Shown here: in pieces, positions 37,659-47,500 of the stretch
Layout of the letters: each line of letters opens with the position of its first letter
Position numbering within the stretch: position 1 is the stretch's first letter
NCBI GenBank assembly: GCA_964511965.1
Contig: CAZEGF010000023.1
Location: 108,887 to 164,724 of the forward strand
Origin: an uncultured Gammaproteobacteria bacterium
GTDB lineage: Bacteria; Patescibacteriota; Microgenomatia; Levybacterales; GWA1-39-11
Direction of reading: 5' to 3'
Length of the DNA stretch: 55,838 bases
Notes under the pieces: model-generated
Seen by the model: only the letters and a program-made list of their open reading frames with translations
Told to the model about the DNA's origin: nothing
Databases searched by the model: none
Translations under genes and position numbers: made by a program

Positions 37659-39366
37659 CATCTCACTTCCTCGCAATGTCATTTTCTTGTTGAGTAGCTT
37701 TTTCGTTTTGGGAATTATTCTAAGGTTTTTTGCTCTATCATCCTTCCCCAATGGGTTTTCACGTGATGAAGCGTTTTTGGGTTACAACGCATTCTCAATT
37801 TTAGTAACAGGAAGAGATATAAATAGTCATTTTCTACCATTATTTCTCGAATCTTTTTTGTACACACCCGCAGGATATGCGTATTTTTCAATACCGTTTA
37901 TTAAGTTATTTGGATTAAGTATATTTTCGGTCAGATTTGCTTCAGCACTTTTTGGATCGCTTTCCATTCCAGCAATATTTTTTCTAACTAAAAGTTTACT
38001 GTCATTTCAGCAGGATAAAAAAATTACTGAAAGATTAATTTTATTTATGAGTTTGGCATCATCCTTTTTACTAGCAATCACTCCTTGGCATATTAATTTA
38101 TCAAGAACTGCAAGTGTATCCACTTTAGTTACCTTTTTTATAATACTTGGATGTTATTTTTTCATTGAATGGATTAGGACAAACAACAAAAAATTATTAT
38201 TCTTGTCTTTTGCTGGTTATTTTATATCGTTATTTTTTTATATTGCACCTTTCTCCTTCCTGCCACTATTTATTTTGATTTCCTATTTTTTGTTTAAAAA
38301 ACATATCACAAAAAACAAAAAAACATTTATCGCTTTGTATGTTCTGTTTCTAGTACCTGTTTTATTTGTTTTATTATCTCCAACGCTTTCTTTAAGAGTA
38401 CAAACATTAAGTATAACGAAAAACCCATTAGTTAAATTAATTTTGATTGAAGACACAGGAAGAGATGGAGTTGGGAATATACCACCCTTAGTTGCCCGTA
38501 CATTTCATAATAAATTAATTGTTATATCTGATATTTTTTTACAAAACTATTTTAGCCACTTTACATATAATTATTTATTCCGAGATAATGGTTACCCTGA
38601 AAGATTCAAAATTCCGGAATCAGGACTTCTTTTCCCTGTATATTTAATATTTATTGCTATGGGTATTTACTACCTTTTTAGATCGGAAGGCAACATTAAG
38701 TGGTTTTTGATTGGATGGATCCTTTTAGGTCCAATAGGAAGTGGTTTTGCCAGCGATGATGTACCCAATTTGCAAAGAACACTATTTATGCTTCCTCCAA
38801 TTCTAATTGTATCAGCTTATGGAATTGCAAAAGTATTACAAGACCTGAGTAAAAAAGGAATTAATAAGCTCATTTTAATTCTTATTCTAATTATTGTTTT
38901 GCTTTACGAATTTATTACTTATTTACACTTATTTTATTACCATGAAAATGCATATAGGCCATGGTATAGACAAGACGGTTATCAAGATCTTATATCAAAA
39001 ATTAACAGACTAAAGAATAGTTACTCCAAAGTTGTAGTAACAAACAGAGAATCGGCACCGACAATTTTTCTACTATTTTTTAATAAATATGACCCGGCAT
39101 CCATGCAAAAAACAGTTGCTAAAAGTATTCTTCGCGATACTGATAGAATTAGCTTTTCAAATTATGAAATTACTCAAGAAGAATGTCCCCTTAGAGTTGA
39201 GCTAGACCCAAAAACGGGCATAAAAAATCTTATGGGGCAGAAAGGAATGTTATATGTAAATAGCGGGTTTTGCAAAAATGAGAACTTACCATCAAATGTA
39301 AAGATACTAGATACTGTCTATCGGGCTGACGGATCAAAAGTATTTTTAATAATGACTATACAATGA
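37648..39366 (+). CDS. GT39/PMT_2-like GT-C membrane glycosyltransferase, family member
   Basis: 'NGFSRDEAFLGYNAFSILVTGRD', 'RFASALFG', 'LAITPWHINLSR', and C-terminal 'YSKVVVTNRES.PTIFLLFF'. Confidence 0.8.
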   Translation: MKINISLPRNVIFLLSSFFVLGIILRFFALSSFPNGFSRDEAFLGYNAFSILVTGRDINSHFLPLFLESFLYTPAGYAYFSIPFIKLFGLSIFSVRFASALFGSLSIPAIFFLTKSLLSFQQDKKITERLILFMSLASSFLLAITPWHINLSRTASVSTLVTFFIILGCYFFIEWIRTNNKKLLFLSFAGYFISLFFYIAPFSFLPLFILISYFLFKKHITKNKKTFIALYVLFLVPVLFVLLSPTLSLRVQTLSITKNPLVKLILIEDTGRDGVGNIPPLVARTFHNKLIVISDIFLQNYFSHFTYNYLFRDNGYPERFKIPESGLLFPVYLIFIAMGIYYLFRSEGNIKWFLIGWILLGPIGSGFASDDVPNLQRTLFMLPPILIVSAYGIAKVLQDLSKKGINKLILILILIIVLLYEFITYLHLFYYHENAYRPWYRQDGYQDLISKINRLKNSYSKVVVTNRESAPTIFLLFFNKYDPASMQKTVAKSILRDTDRISFSNYEITQEECPLRVELDPKTGIKNLMGQKGMLYVNSGFCKNENLPSNVKILDTVYRADGSKVFLIMTIQ

Positions 39367-39384
39367 GTTGCTTGAATAAATAAA

Positions 39385-41325
39385 ATGTTTAACTTGATGT
39401 CTCCTGAATTTATTTTTTTCTTTATATATTCATTTATTGCATTATTTATTTCTGCCTATATTCCCGGAAGTGTCGTTTTAAAATACTCAAAATTAAAAGC
39501 CCCTTTTATAATTTATATAGCTCTTTCGATTTCAGTTGGTATTTCATTTTGGGCTCTTCAAGGATTTATTCTAGGATTTCTAAATTTAAGATTTTTGACA
39601 TATATTTATCTTCTTGTATTTTCCATCTTTTGGTTAAAAAATTTCAGATTTCAATCAATTAAATTTAAGTTTAATAAATTTATTATTATGTCACTGCTTT
39701 TGATCACAGCAGGTGTTCTATCTCAAAATATCGCTTCTTTTTTTATGGGAATACAAACCTCACATGGTATTTCATTTTGCTGTGTTGATGCGAGTGACAG
39801 TTTATATTTTGCATCACTGAGTCAGGAAATAGTCAATCATATCCCGCCTTTCGAGCCGGGTCTTTCGGGAACAATTGTTAAAAACTATCACTATTTATCA
39901 AATATTTTTATTGCTGAGATTTCCCGAGTTTTTTTAATACCTCTTAATATTCTTCAATTTCAAGTTTCCTCTCTATTTTTGTCTATATTGCTTGGGCTAA
40001 GTGCGTTATCTTTTGGTCTTTATGTTGTTAAAAGAGAAAAATTTACTTTGTGGATCTTATTTTTCTTATATTTTGGTGGGGATTTAATTTGGTTATTTCT
40101 TTTATTTCTAAATAAAGGTGTAAATCCATTCGTCATGAGCTCACTTGAGGATGGAGTTAAATTTTTAAGCAATCCTCCACGAGCATTTGCGATCATCCAG
40201 TTTTTTAATGGAACAGCACTCCTATATTATTTCTTGAAGGAAAAAAGATCGTTATTTGTCACAACAATTGTAGGTATAGTTTTTGGTACTCTCATTGGAT
40301 TTAAAGTTTATATCGGTATTTTTGCAATCTCTGGATTATTTGTGCTTTGTATTTATCAACTATTCAAACGAAATATTGAAACCTTAAAATTATTAATTGT
40401 TTCAGGAGTAGTTTCCCTCTTATTGTATCTACCTGTAAATAGTAATGCCGGTGGTCTTTATTTTACCGGATTTTGGTCCTTCGAAAATTTCATTTCTCAA
40501 CCGTATCTCAATTTGGGAAGACTTGAACTTTCTCGAAGGATATTTCTTGATGATAATAAAATTTTAAAATCTTATTTTTTTGAAGCAATATTTTTTATTA
40601 CAACAATTTTTTCATTTTTTGGGACAAAAATAATCGGTGTTTTTCAAACTAAAAAATCTCTTTCACAAATACCCCTACAAATCCATATTTTTTTATTAAC
40701 CGGACTTTTGCTAAGTTTTGTTCTTGGATTTTTCTTTCAACAAGCATCCGGTGGTTCCAATACTTTTAATTTTATAGTTAGCGTTTTTATTATCGGCAGT
40801 ATCTATACAGCACTTTCAATGGATTATGTTACATCTTTTAAAAAACCAATCACTTTTTTGACTACAATTGTTATCATTTCTTTAACGGTTCCTAGAGTTA
40901 TATATGAGACAACCCACAACATTCAAAGGCTTACCAGTAACTTATATCAGTCTATTACCCCGAAGCAACTAGAGGCTTTCGAATATTTACGTAGTCAAGA
41001 TAAAGGGCTTACAATTATTGACCGGAATTTTTTTGGATTGGATTCTTCAAGCCCTTATGTTTCGTTTTTTGTAAATCAACCAATGTATTTATCAGGTGCA
41101 CAAATTCTTGAGAGTCATGGAGTAAAAGTTTCCTCAAGGAATCAACGTGTATTAAGAATGCTTGATCCACTAAATATTGATAGTTCTCAAAAACTTTATA
41201 AAGAGGAGGGAATTAAGTATCTAGTGATTGGGAAAACAAGTCCTATTGCTACTGTATCGGCTACATTTTCAAAAACATTATTTTCAAATAATGAAGTTGT
41301 GATCCTTAAAATTGAGTGGCCTTAA
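39385..41325 (+). CDS. large polytopic membrane protein (646 aa), unclassified
   Basis: At least 12 hydrophobic helices followed by a C-terminal soluble domain of ~130 aa. This is the same architecture as the GT-C genes around it, but I recognise no family motif. Confidence 0.4.
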   Translation: MFNLMSPEFIFFFIYSFIALFISAYIPGSVVLKYSKLKAPFIIYIALSISVGISFWALQGFILGFLNLRFLTYIYLLVFSIFWLKNFRFQSIKFKFNKFIIMSLLLITAGVLSQNIASFFMGIQTSHGISFCCVDASDSLYFASLSQEIVNHIPPFEPGLSGTIVKNYHYLSNIFIAEISRVFLIPLNILQFQVSSLFLSILLGLSALSFGLYVVKREKFTLWILFFLYFGGDLIWLFLLFLNKGVNPFVMSSLEDGVKFLSNPPRAFAIIQFFNGTALLYYFLKEKRSLFVTTIVGIVFGTLIGFKVYIGIFAISGLFVLCIYQLFKRNIETLKLLIVSGVVSLLLYLPVNSNAGGLYFTGFWSFENFISQPYLNLGRLELSRRIFLDDNKILKSYFFEAIFFITTIFSFFGTKIIGVFQTKKSLSQIPLQIHIFLLTGLLLSFVLGFFFQQASGGSNTFNFIVSVFIIGSIYTALSMDYVTSFKKPITFLTTIVIISLTVPRVIYETTHNIQRLTSNLYQSITPKQLEAFEYLRSQDKGLTIIDRNFFGLDSSSPYVSFFVNQPMYLSGAQILESHGVKVSSRNQRVLRMLDPLNIDSSQKLYKEEGIKYLVIGKTSPIATVSATFSKTLFSNNEVVILKIEWP

Positions 41326-41358
41326 GTGGTTACAAATACTTTAAACTTATAAAATAAA

Positions 41359-42879
41359 ATGACCAATAAAAGTAATCCCTATAATTTTATAAGCAAATAT
41401 TTCAAAAAAAATAGAATTAATTATATTCTGTGTTTGATTCTTCTTTTTTCCACTTTCCTTAGATTTTATAGTTATGACACAAGATGGGGTCTTGCATATG
41501 AGCAGGCGTGGTTTGCAGTCATTGCACGGCATGCACTTTCTACTTTTCAGCTGCCATTATTGGGTCCTTTTGCCTCTGGTGGACCCTTCCAAACAGGTGG
41601 TGAATGGTTTTGGATCGTAATGGCTGGAACATTACTCAATCCATTCAGTGTAATCTCCCCATGGGTTTTTATATCAATGCTTTCTGTTTTTCAGGTATAT
41701 CTTTTATATGTACTTGGAAAACATTATGGAGGAAAAAGCTTATCTTACGTCGTAGCTATATTAGGGGCAGTATCTATCTCTCAGGTACTTCAAGCAACAA
41801 ACCTTACCAATCAGATGCCATCATCTCTGTGTGCATCTCTATTACTTATTGCAGTTGTCTTATATCTGAAGAAAGAGAGGAATATTTTTCTTTTCCTGTC
41901 CGGATTTGCAGTAGGATTATCATCCTCTATTCATCTTCAAGGGGTACTACTCGTTATACCACTCTTATGCTTTGTACTTATGACAAAATCAATAAGCCCT
42001 AAAAAATTACTCTTCGTTGGAATGGGAATATTTGTACCATGGTTACCCGTACTTTTTATCGATGCTCAAAATAATTTTTATAATACAAAAAATATGTTAG
42101 CGTACTTTACTGGATCTCAGAACCGTATATCTTATGATGAACTTGGTAGAAGATGGTTAACATTTATTATTGAATATGTTCCAACATCTTGGAGCAGGAT
42201 CGTTGGGGGAAATATATTTCTTGGTTATGCTCAAATTTTGCTTGTCGGATTTACTTTTATTTATTCCTTATACAAAAAAACTTTAAATAAGAAATGGATA
42301 ATTATCTTTGTATCAACCATTATTATGACATTTGCTCTTAGATACATAAGAACCCCTCTGTATGAGAACTATACTACTTTTATTCACCCATTCGTAATTC
42401 TTTTGATAGGTTGGTCTATTTGGAATTTATATAAATTGCGTAAATATGTCGCGATAACTTCTCTTGCAATTATAGTATCAAGTAGTGTTTTTTTTCTTTG
42501 GAAAGATATAGCAAACAGTACAAATTTCACAAATTTGACTACTAAACAGTATGTCTCATTTCTTAAGAGAAAATTCCCTAATCAAAAGTTTGCTATCTAT
42601 GATTACAACTTCAATAATAAGCAAAACACATTGCCTCTTGTTCTTTATTTACAGACCGAAGGATTACTTGATGATAGCGGTCATAGGATAGGTATGGTCA
42701 TCGTTGCTAATTCAACGATTAAAATCACTCCGCATAAAGCTATTTTCGGAGGTGATGGGGGATATCAATTGGTTGATCTTACAGCCTCAGGAAGTTCTGC
42801 CCTCCAGAAGGCTAAATGGGCTTTTGTTAATCCTTCAATTATTTACAATTCTGTCGAATATTGGTACAAGGATAAGTGA
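41359..42879 (+). CDS. polytopic membrane protein, GT-C-like, unclassified; paralog of 46210
   Basis: Shares 'RF.SY......W..EQ/DN-AW.A........LPL[LV]G' and 'G[FL]S..[IV]H' blocks with 46210. C-terminal soluble domain. A TATAAA box lies 5 nt upstream of the ATG. Confidence 0.45.
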   Translation: MTNKSNPYNFISKYFKKNRINYILCLILLFSTFLRFYSYDTRWGLAYEQAWFAVIARHALSTFQLPLLGPFASGGPFQTGGEWFWIVMAGTLLNPFSVISPWVFISMLSVFQVYLLYVLGKHYGGKSLSYVVAILGAVSISQVLQATNLTNQMPSSLCASLLLIAVVLYLKKERNIFLFLSGFAVGLSSSIHLQGVLLVIPLLCFVLMTKSISPKKLLFVGMGIFVPWLPVLFIDAQNNFYNTKNMLAYFTGSQNRISYDELGRRWLTFIIEYVPTSWSRIVGGNIFLGYAQILLVGFTFIYSLYKKTLNKKWIIIFVSTIIMTFALRYIRTPLYENYTTFIHPFVILLIGWSIWNLYKLRKYVAITSLAIIVSSSVFFLWKDIANSTNFTNLTTKQYVSFLKRKFPNQKFAIYDYNFNNKQNTLPLVLYLQTEGLLDDSGHRIGMVIVANSTIKITPHKAIFGGDGGYQLVDLTASGSSALQKAKWAFVNPSIIYNSVEYWYKDK

Positions 42880-44537
42880 GGGGTAATAATATTAAAGTAT
42901 TATTAAGCGATTCTATGCAAAAAAAGTTCTTATTGCTCATTGGGATTGTGCTAATTGCACTTTTACTGAGGTTTATTTTCCTTGGGAGTATAGCTCCTTC
43001 TTTAACATGGGATGAGACTTCTTGGGGATATAATGCATATTCGATAGGACTTGATGGCCGTGATGAGTTCGGTAAATTATTGCCTCTAACATATCTTGAA
43101 TCATTTGGTGATTTTAAGCCACCAGTGTATGCTTATCTTGATATTTTTCCCATTAAAATATTTGGACTTAATGAGTTTGCTACGCGTTTTCCGTCAGCAT
43201 TCTTCGGGACATTAACCGTACTTTTGACCTATTTCCTGGTTAAAGAAATTTTTGGCAAAGAGAAGGAGGATTTAGCCCTCATATCCTCCTTCATGCTGGC
43301 AATTTCTCCTTGGCACATCATGCTATCTCGAGCGGCTTTTGAGGCAAATGTAGCGAATTTCTTTATCGTTTTTGGTGTTTTTTTGTTTTTAAAAGCTTTA
43401 CGAACAAAACCGATTTTTTTACCTCTTTCTGTTCTGTCATTTGTTCTTGCAATGAACACATTTAATAGTGCAAGAATTGTCGTTCCAATTCTTGGTCTAA
43501 TTTTAGTAGGTGCTTTTTATAAAAAACTATTAAAACCTTTTACAATTTCAATTATTTCATTTATTTTGGGGGTTATGCTTTTGCTTCCGCTTTTACTGTT
43601 TATGAATTCACCTCAAGCCAAGCTTCGATTTAATGAGGTGAATATATTCACAGACATTGGGGTAATTGATAGAACAAACCAGGAAATAAAAAATGATAAC
43701 AATTCTTTAATTTCAAAAATTCTACATAATAGAAGATTTACTTACGGAGTAGAGTATATTCATCATTATCTTGATAATCTGGCTCCTCAATTCTTATTTA
43801 TAAAGGGTGATGGAAATCCGAAATTCTCTATTCAGGATGTTGGGCAACTTTACATTTGGGAAATACCCTTTTTTGTCGGAGGACTGTTACTGTTATTTAG
43901 AAAAAGAGAAAAATATTGGTGGATAATTCCTGTGTGGTTGGTCGTTGGTATAATTCCTGCCGGCTTTGCGAGAGAAACACCCCATGCGCTTCGTATAGAA
44001 TCGGCTCTTCCTACATTTCAAATAATAACAGCCATTGGTATTTATTATTTTTTAAAATATCTAAATACTTTAAAAAACAAAAATTGGGGAAAAGGTATGG
44101 CTGTAATATTTTTTATTGTCGTTCTATTTAACTTAGTTTATTTTGCACAAAACTATTTCTATCACTATTCATATGAATATTCAGGAGAATGGCAATATGG
44201 TTATAAAGAATCAATTGCATATGTCTCATCTGTTCAAAACAAGTACGATAATATATATATCACCGAGAGTCTTGGGAGGCCTTATATTTACTATTTATTT
44301 TATTTACAGTATCCTCCTCAAAAATTTAGGAATGAAGGAACAATCTATCGTGAAGCACTAGGATTCGTTCATGTCCAAAGTTTTTCAAAATTTCATTTTA
44401 GTGATCAAATTGGCAAAATTCACGACACAAAAGCTCTATACATAGCAACTCCAGGTGAAAGACCCGGAAATACAAATCTAATTAAGGAATTTAAATTATT
44501 AAACGGTCATGTAGCTCTTGTTGCATATACTCTATGA
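42876..44537 (+). CDS. GT39/PMT_2-like GT-C membrane glycosyltransferase, family member
   Basis: 'LTWDETSWGYNAYSIGLDGRDEFGK.LPL.YLESFGDFKPPVY', 'RFPSAFFG', 'LAISPWHIMLSR', 'YDNIYITES..RPYIYYLFY'. The likely true start is the ATG at 42915 (MQKKFLLL..), which gives an N-terminus the same length as the paralogs. Confidence 0.8.
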   Translation: MRGNNIKVLLSDSMQKKFLLLIGIVLIALLLRFIFLGSIAPSLTWDETSWGYNAYSIGLDGRDEFGKLLPLTYLESFGDFKPPVYAYLDIFPIKIFGLNEFATRFPSAFFGTLTVLLTYFLVKEIFGKEKEDLALISSFMLAISPWHIMLSRAAFEANVANFFIVFGVFLFLKALRTKPIFLPLSVLSFVLAMNTFNSARIVVPILGLILVGAFYKKLLKPFTISIISFILGVMLLLPLLLFMNSPQAKLRFNEVNIFTDIGVIDRTNQEIKNDNNSLISKILHNRRFTYGVEYIHHYLDNLAPQFLFIKGDGNPKFSIQDVGQLYIWEIPFFVGGLLLLFRKREKYWWIIPVWLVVGIIPAGFARETPHALRIESALPTFQIITAIGIYYFLKYLNTLKNKNWGKGMAVIFFIVVLFNLVYFAQNYFYHYSYEYSGEWQYGYKESIAYVSSVQNKYDNIYITESLGRPYIYYLFYLQYPPQKFRNEGTIYREALGFVHVQSFSKFHFSDQIGKIHDTKALYIATPGERPGNTNLIKEFKLLNGHVALVAYTL

Positions 44538-46213
44538 AAATTCTAAAAAAACCCATACTTTTATTAATTTCTATATTGATTCTTGCAGCAAGTTTACGAA
44601 CGTACAATATTGGTAAAGTTCCACTAAGCCTCAACTGGGATGAGGTTGCTTTAGGTTATAACGCTTATTCAATTCTCAAAACAGGACACGATGAGTATAG
44701 AAAATTTCTACCCGTAGTTTTGCAATCCTACGATGATTACAAACCGGCACTTTATTCTTATTTTGATATACCTTTTATAGCTATTTTAGGTTTGACAGAA
44801 GGGGCTGTTCGTCTTCCTTCTGCAACAGCCGGAGTTGCCGCTGTTGCCATTATCTATTTTATAGTTCTTGAATTATTAGGAGAACGGAAGCTTAAGTTAT
44901 TTGATCACGAAGTAAACGCTACAACAATTGGGTTAGTAACATCTCTGTTTTTAGCAATTTCTCCATGGCATATTCAATTTTCACGCATAGCATTTGAATC
45001 AAATGTAGGTCTGACGCTAAATCTATTAGCATTCCTTTTGTTCTTAAAAGCCCTTAAGAAACCGATGTTGTTACCGCTCTCATTTATGGTTGCCGCATTA
45101 AATATTCATATGTATCAAAGCGAAAGAGTTTTCTCTCCACTTCTTATGATTATTTTATCTCTTATATTTTTTAAAAAACTTTTAAGCTTTAAAAAGTGGG
45201 TATTCGTTTCAATAATTGCTGCGGTTGTTGTTGCTATGCCATTAGCCTTATATATCCTGACAAATAACAACGCACTTTTGAGAGCAAAAGGTGTTAGTGT
45301 CTTTTCATCACAAGAACTTGTATCAAGATCCTCTAAAAAATTATTGCAAGATAATGCATCAGGAAACACTCTTGGAAAAATTCTCGACAACAGAAGAATT
45401 GAATTTGGAAAGGCTACAGTTGCGGGATACATTTCCCACTTTGATCTTAATTGGCTCTTTGTATCGGGAGACATTGCCCGTCATCACGCCCCCTTCATGG
45501 GACTTTTGTATTTATTTGAATTGCCATTTCTTTTAATTGGTATATACTTTCTGATATTTCTAAAAATTGACAAGAGATACAAGTACGCTTTTTTTGCGTA
45601 TTTTCTATTAGTACCAATTCCTGCATCAATAACAAGTGGTGTGCCACATGCTGTACGAACTTTAAATTTTGAAGGAACCTGGGAATTATTTATTGCTTTA
45701 GGATGTATTGCCTCTATATTGTTTGTGTTAAAACAAAAAAGTAAATACAAGAGTATTGTTTTTAAACTATTTTCTATTTTCTATTTACTTTTTACTATTT
45801 TAAATATTTTCTACTTTCTCAATCAATATTTTGTTCAACTTAATTATTATGATGCGAAAGATTGGTTGTACGGATACAAGCAGGTAATTTCATACGTTGA
45901 TTCAATACACAAAAATTATGACAAAGTTGTAGTTGAAAACACATCTCCTCTTGACCAGTCGTATATGTTTTTCCTTTTTTATCTGAAAGTTGATCCATCA
46001 TATTATCAATCATTGGGTGGAACAAAGACCGCCGGATTTAGGGAAATTCATAAAGGGTTTTATAATTATGTTTTTGAACCGGTTAGGGAAACGAAGGAGC
46101 AAGGTAAACTGCTACTTATTGGTAAACCGTCAGACATTTTGGACCGAAGTACTAACAGTAAAACAATTTATTATCCGGATGGTACTCCGGCAATTTCTAT
46201 TGGCGAGAAATGA
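44534..46213 (+). CDS. GT39/PMT_2-like GT-C membrane glycosyltransferase, family member (tandem with 42876)
   Basis: 'LNWDEVALGYNAYSILKTGHDEY.KFLP..LQSYDDYKPALY', 'LAISPWHIQFSR', 'YDKVVVEN....QSYMFFLFY'. ATGA overlap. Confidence 0.8.
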   Translation: MKILKKPILLLISILILAASLRTYNIGKVPLSLNWDEVALGYNAYSILKTGHDEYRKFLPVVLQSYDDYKPALYSYFDIPFIAILGLTEGAVRLPSATAGVAAVAIIYFIVLELLGERKLKLFDHEVNATTIGLVTSLFLAISPWHIQFSRIAFESNVGLTLNLLAFLLFLKALKKPMLLPLSFMVAALNIHMYQSERVFSPLLMIILSLIFFKKLLSFKKWVFVSIIAAVVVAMPLALYILTNNNALLRAKGVSVFSSQELVSRSSKKLLQDNASGNTLGKILDNRRIEFGKATVAGYISHFDLNWLFVSGDIARHHAPFMGLLYLFELPFLLIGIYFLIFLKIDKRYKYAFFAYFLLVPIPASITSGVPHAVRTLNFEGTWELFIALGCIASILFVLKQKSKYKSIVFKLFSIFYLLFTILNIFYFLNQYFVQLNYYDAKDWLYGYKQVISYVDSIHKNYDKVVVENTSPLDQSYMFFLFYLKVDPSYYQSLGGTKTAGFREIHKGFYNYVFEPVRETKEQGKLLLIGKPSDILDRSTNSKTIYYPDGTPAISIGEK

Positions 46214-47499
46214 GCACCCAAGTAAATAAAAAATTATTTTTTCGACATAAAATATTTTCTTCAAATCTTACTTTTATAATTTTTTGTGTAATTTTTGCTG
46301 TTCTTATATTTACGAGATTTTCTTATCCTGATTCTAAAAGCGATTTTACATGGGATCAGATTGATAATGCCTGGGCTGCGAAAGATATTATATATGACCA
46401 TAAGTTGCCGCTAGTTGGCATGCAGGCAAAAGGAAATACTGGGTTTTATATAGGACCATACTATTACTATATAATTACGCCATTTTATATTGCAACAGAT
46501 CTTGATCCGTATGCTTCAGTTTTAATAGCAGGGGTTACAAGCATTCTGACCTTTCTTTTTATTTATTTTTTAATTAAAGATATGTTTAACGAAAAAATTG
46601 CGATGCTCGCTATTTTTTTTGACGCATTTTCTTTTTATATAATTGGACTTGACCGGACTCAATGGCCAGTTAATTTCATAGCTCTTGTTTCTTTAGTTAT
46701 TTTTTATAGTCTTTATAAAATCGTAAACGGGAATTCACGCTTCATGTTACTCTTAGCAGCAGCATTTGGTTTTTCCATGCACGTTCATTTTACTTCCGTA
46801 TTTTATATCCCACTAATTTTATTGTGTTTACCATTCTTTCCAAGAAATAAAGATATGATAAAAAATACCCTTTATGCTATACCGATCATTACTTTATTTT
46901 TAGTACCTTTAATCATGGCTCCTTTTGGTAAAAGTAGTACTCACTTAATTTCTTACTTAAACACAACGTTTTTAGGCATCCATTTAAGAAGATTTTTTCA
47001 GGTTGCGCAAGATGGTTTTATAGAATTTGAAGGAATTTATAGTGTATATTTTTTGAAACAGATTGGATTCGTATTATTTCCACTCTATTTACTGCAACTT
47101 TTTATAAAATCATATAAAAGCAAAAAAGTAGTTATTGTTTACCTCAGTTTGATATGGGTTTTAATACCTTGGATGTTTTTTGCAACATATGGTGGTGAAC
47201 TATCAAATTATTATTTTTCAATTACAAGACCGGTAGTTCTTATAGCTATTTCCTTTATCTTATATAATCTTGTGATATATAAAAGATTGGCCGGGTGTAT
47301 TATTGTGGGTGTATTTATTATTTTTTATGTATATACAAATACTCTAGAATTTTTTGCGTTTCACACTAGAGGGGTCGGTTACTATAGAGAAAAAGTAAAT
47401 GAAAAGATAAAAAAAGGAGAAATTATTGAATTCGGTCCAGGTAATCCTGAGTCATATTTTTATTTTATAAACAAAGAAAGGTATGATCAAAAAAAATAA
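46210..47499 (+). CDS. polytopic membrane protein, GT-C-like, unclassified; paralog of 41359
   Basis: 'FTWDQIDNAWAAKDIIYDHKLPLVGMQAKGNTGFYIGPYYYY' and 'FGFSMHVHF', with ~11 helices. ATGA overlap. Confidence 0.45.
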   Translation: MSTQVNKKLFFRHKIFSSNLTFIIFCVIFAVLIFTRFSYPDSKSDFTWDQIDNAWAAKDIIYDHKLPLVGMQAKGNTGFYIGPYYYYIITPFYIATDLDPYASVLIAGVTSILTFLFIYFLIKDMFNEKIAMLAIFFDAFSFYIIGLDRTQWPVNFIALVSLVIFYSLYKIVNGNSRFMLLLAAAFGFSMHVHFTSVFYIPLILLCLPFFPRNKDMIKNTLYAIPIITLFLVPLIMAPFGKSSTHLISYLNTTFLGIHLRRFFQVAQDGFIEFEGIYSVYFLKQIGFVLFPLYLLQLFIKSYKSKKVVIVYLSLIWVLIPWMFFATYGGELSNYYFSITRPVVLIAISFILYNLVIYKRLAGCIIVGVFIIFYVYTNTLEFFAFHTRGVGYYREKVNEKIKKGEIIEFGPGNPESYFYFINKERYDQKK

Positions 47500-47500
47500 T

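Noticed and set aside
41604-42002. Same-strand alternative-frame ORF of 132 aa inside the 41359-42879 membrane protein gene (and similar ORFs at 6429-6836, 28168-28660, 43916-44361)
   Set aside because: These are embedded in the frame of longer ORFs that show paralog-conserved motifs. Their translations are Cys/Arg/Ile-rich with no family resemblance, so they are most likely spurious.
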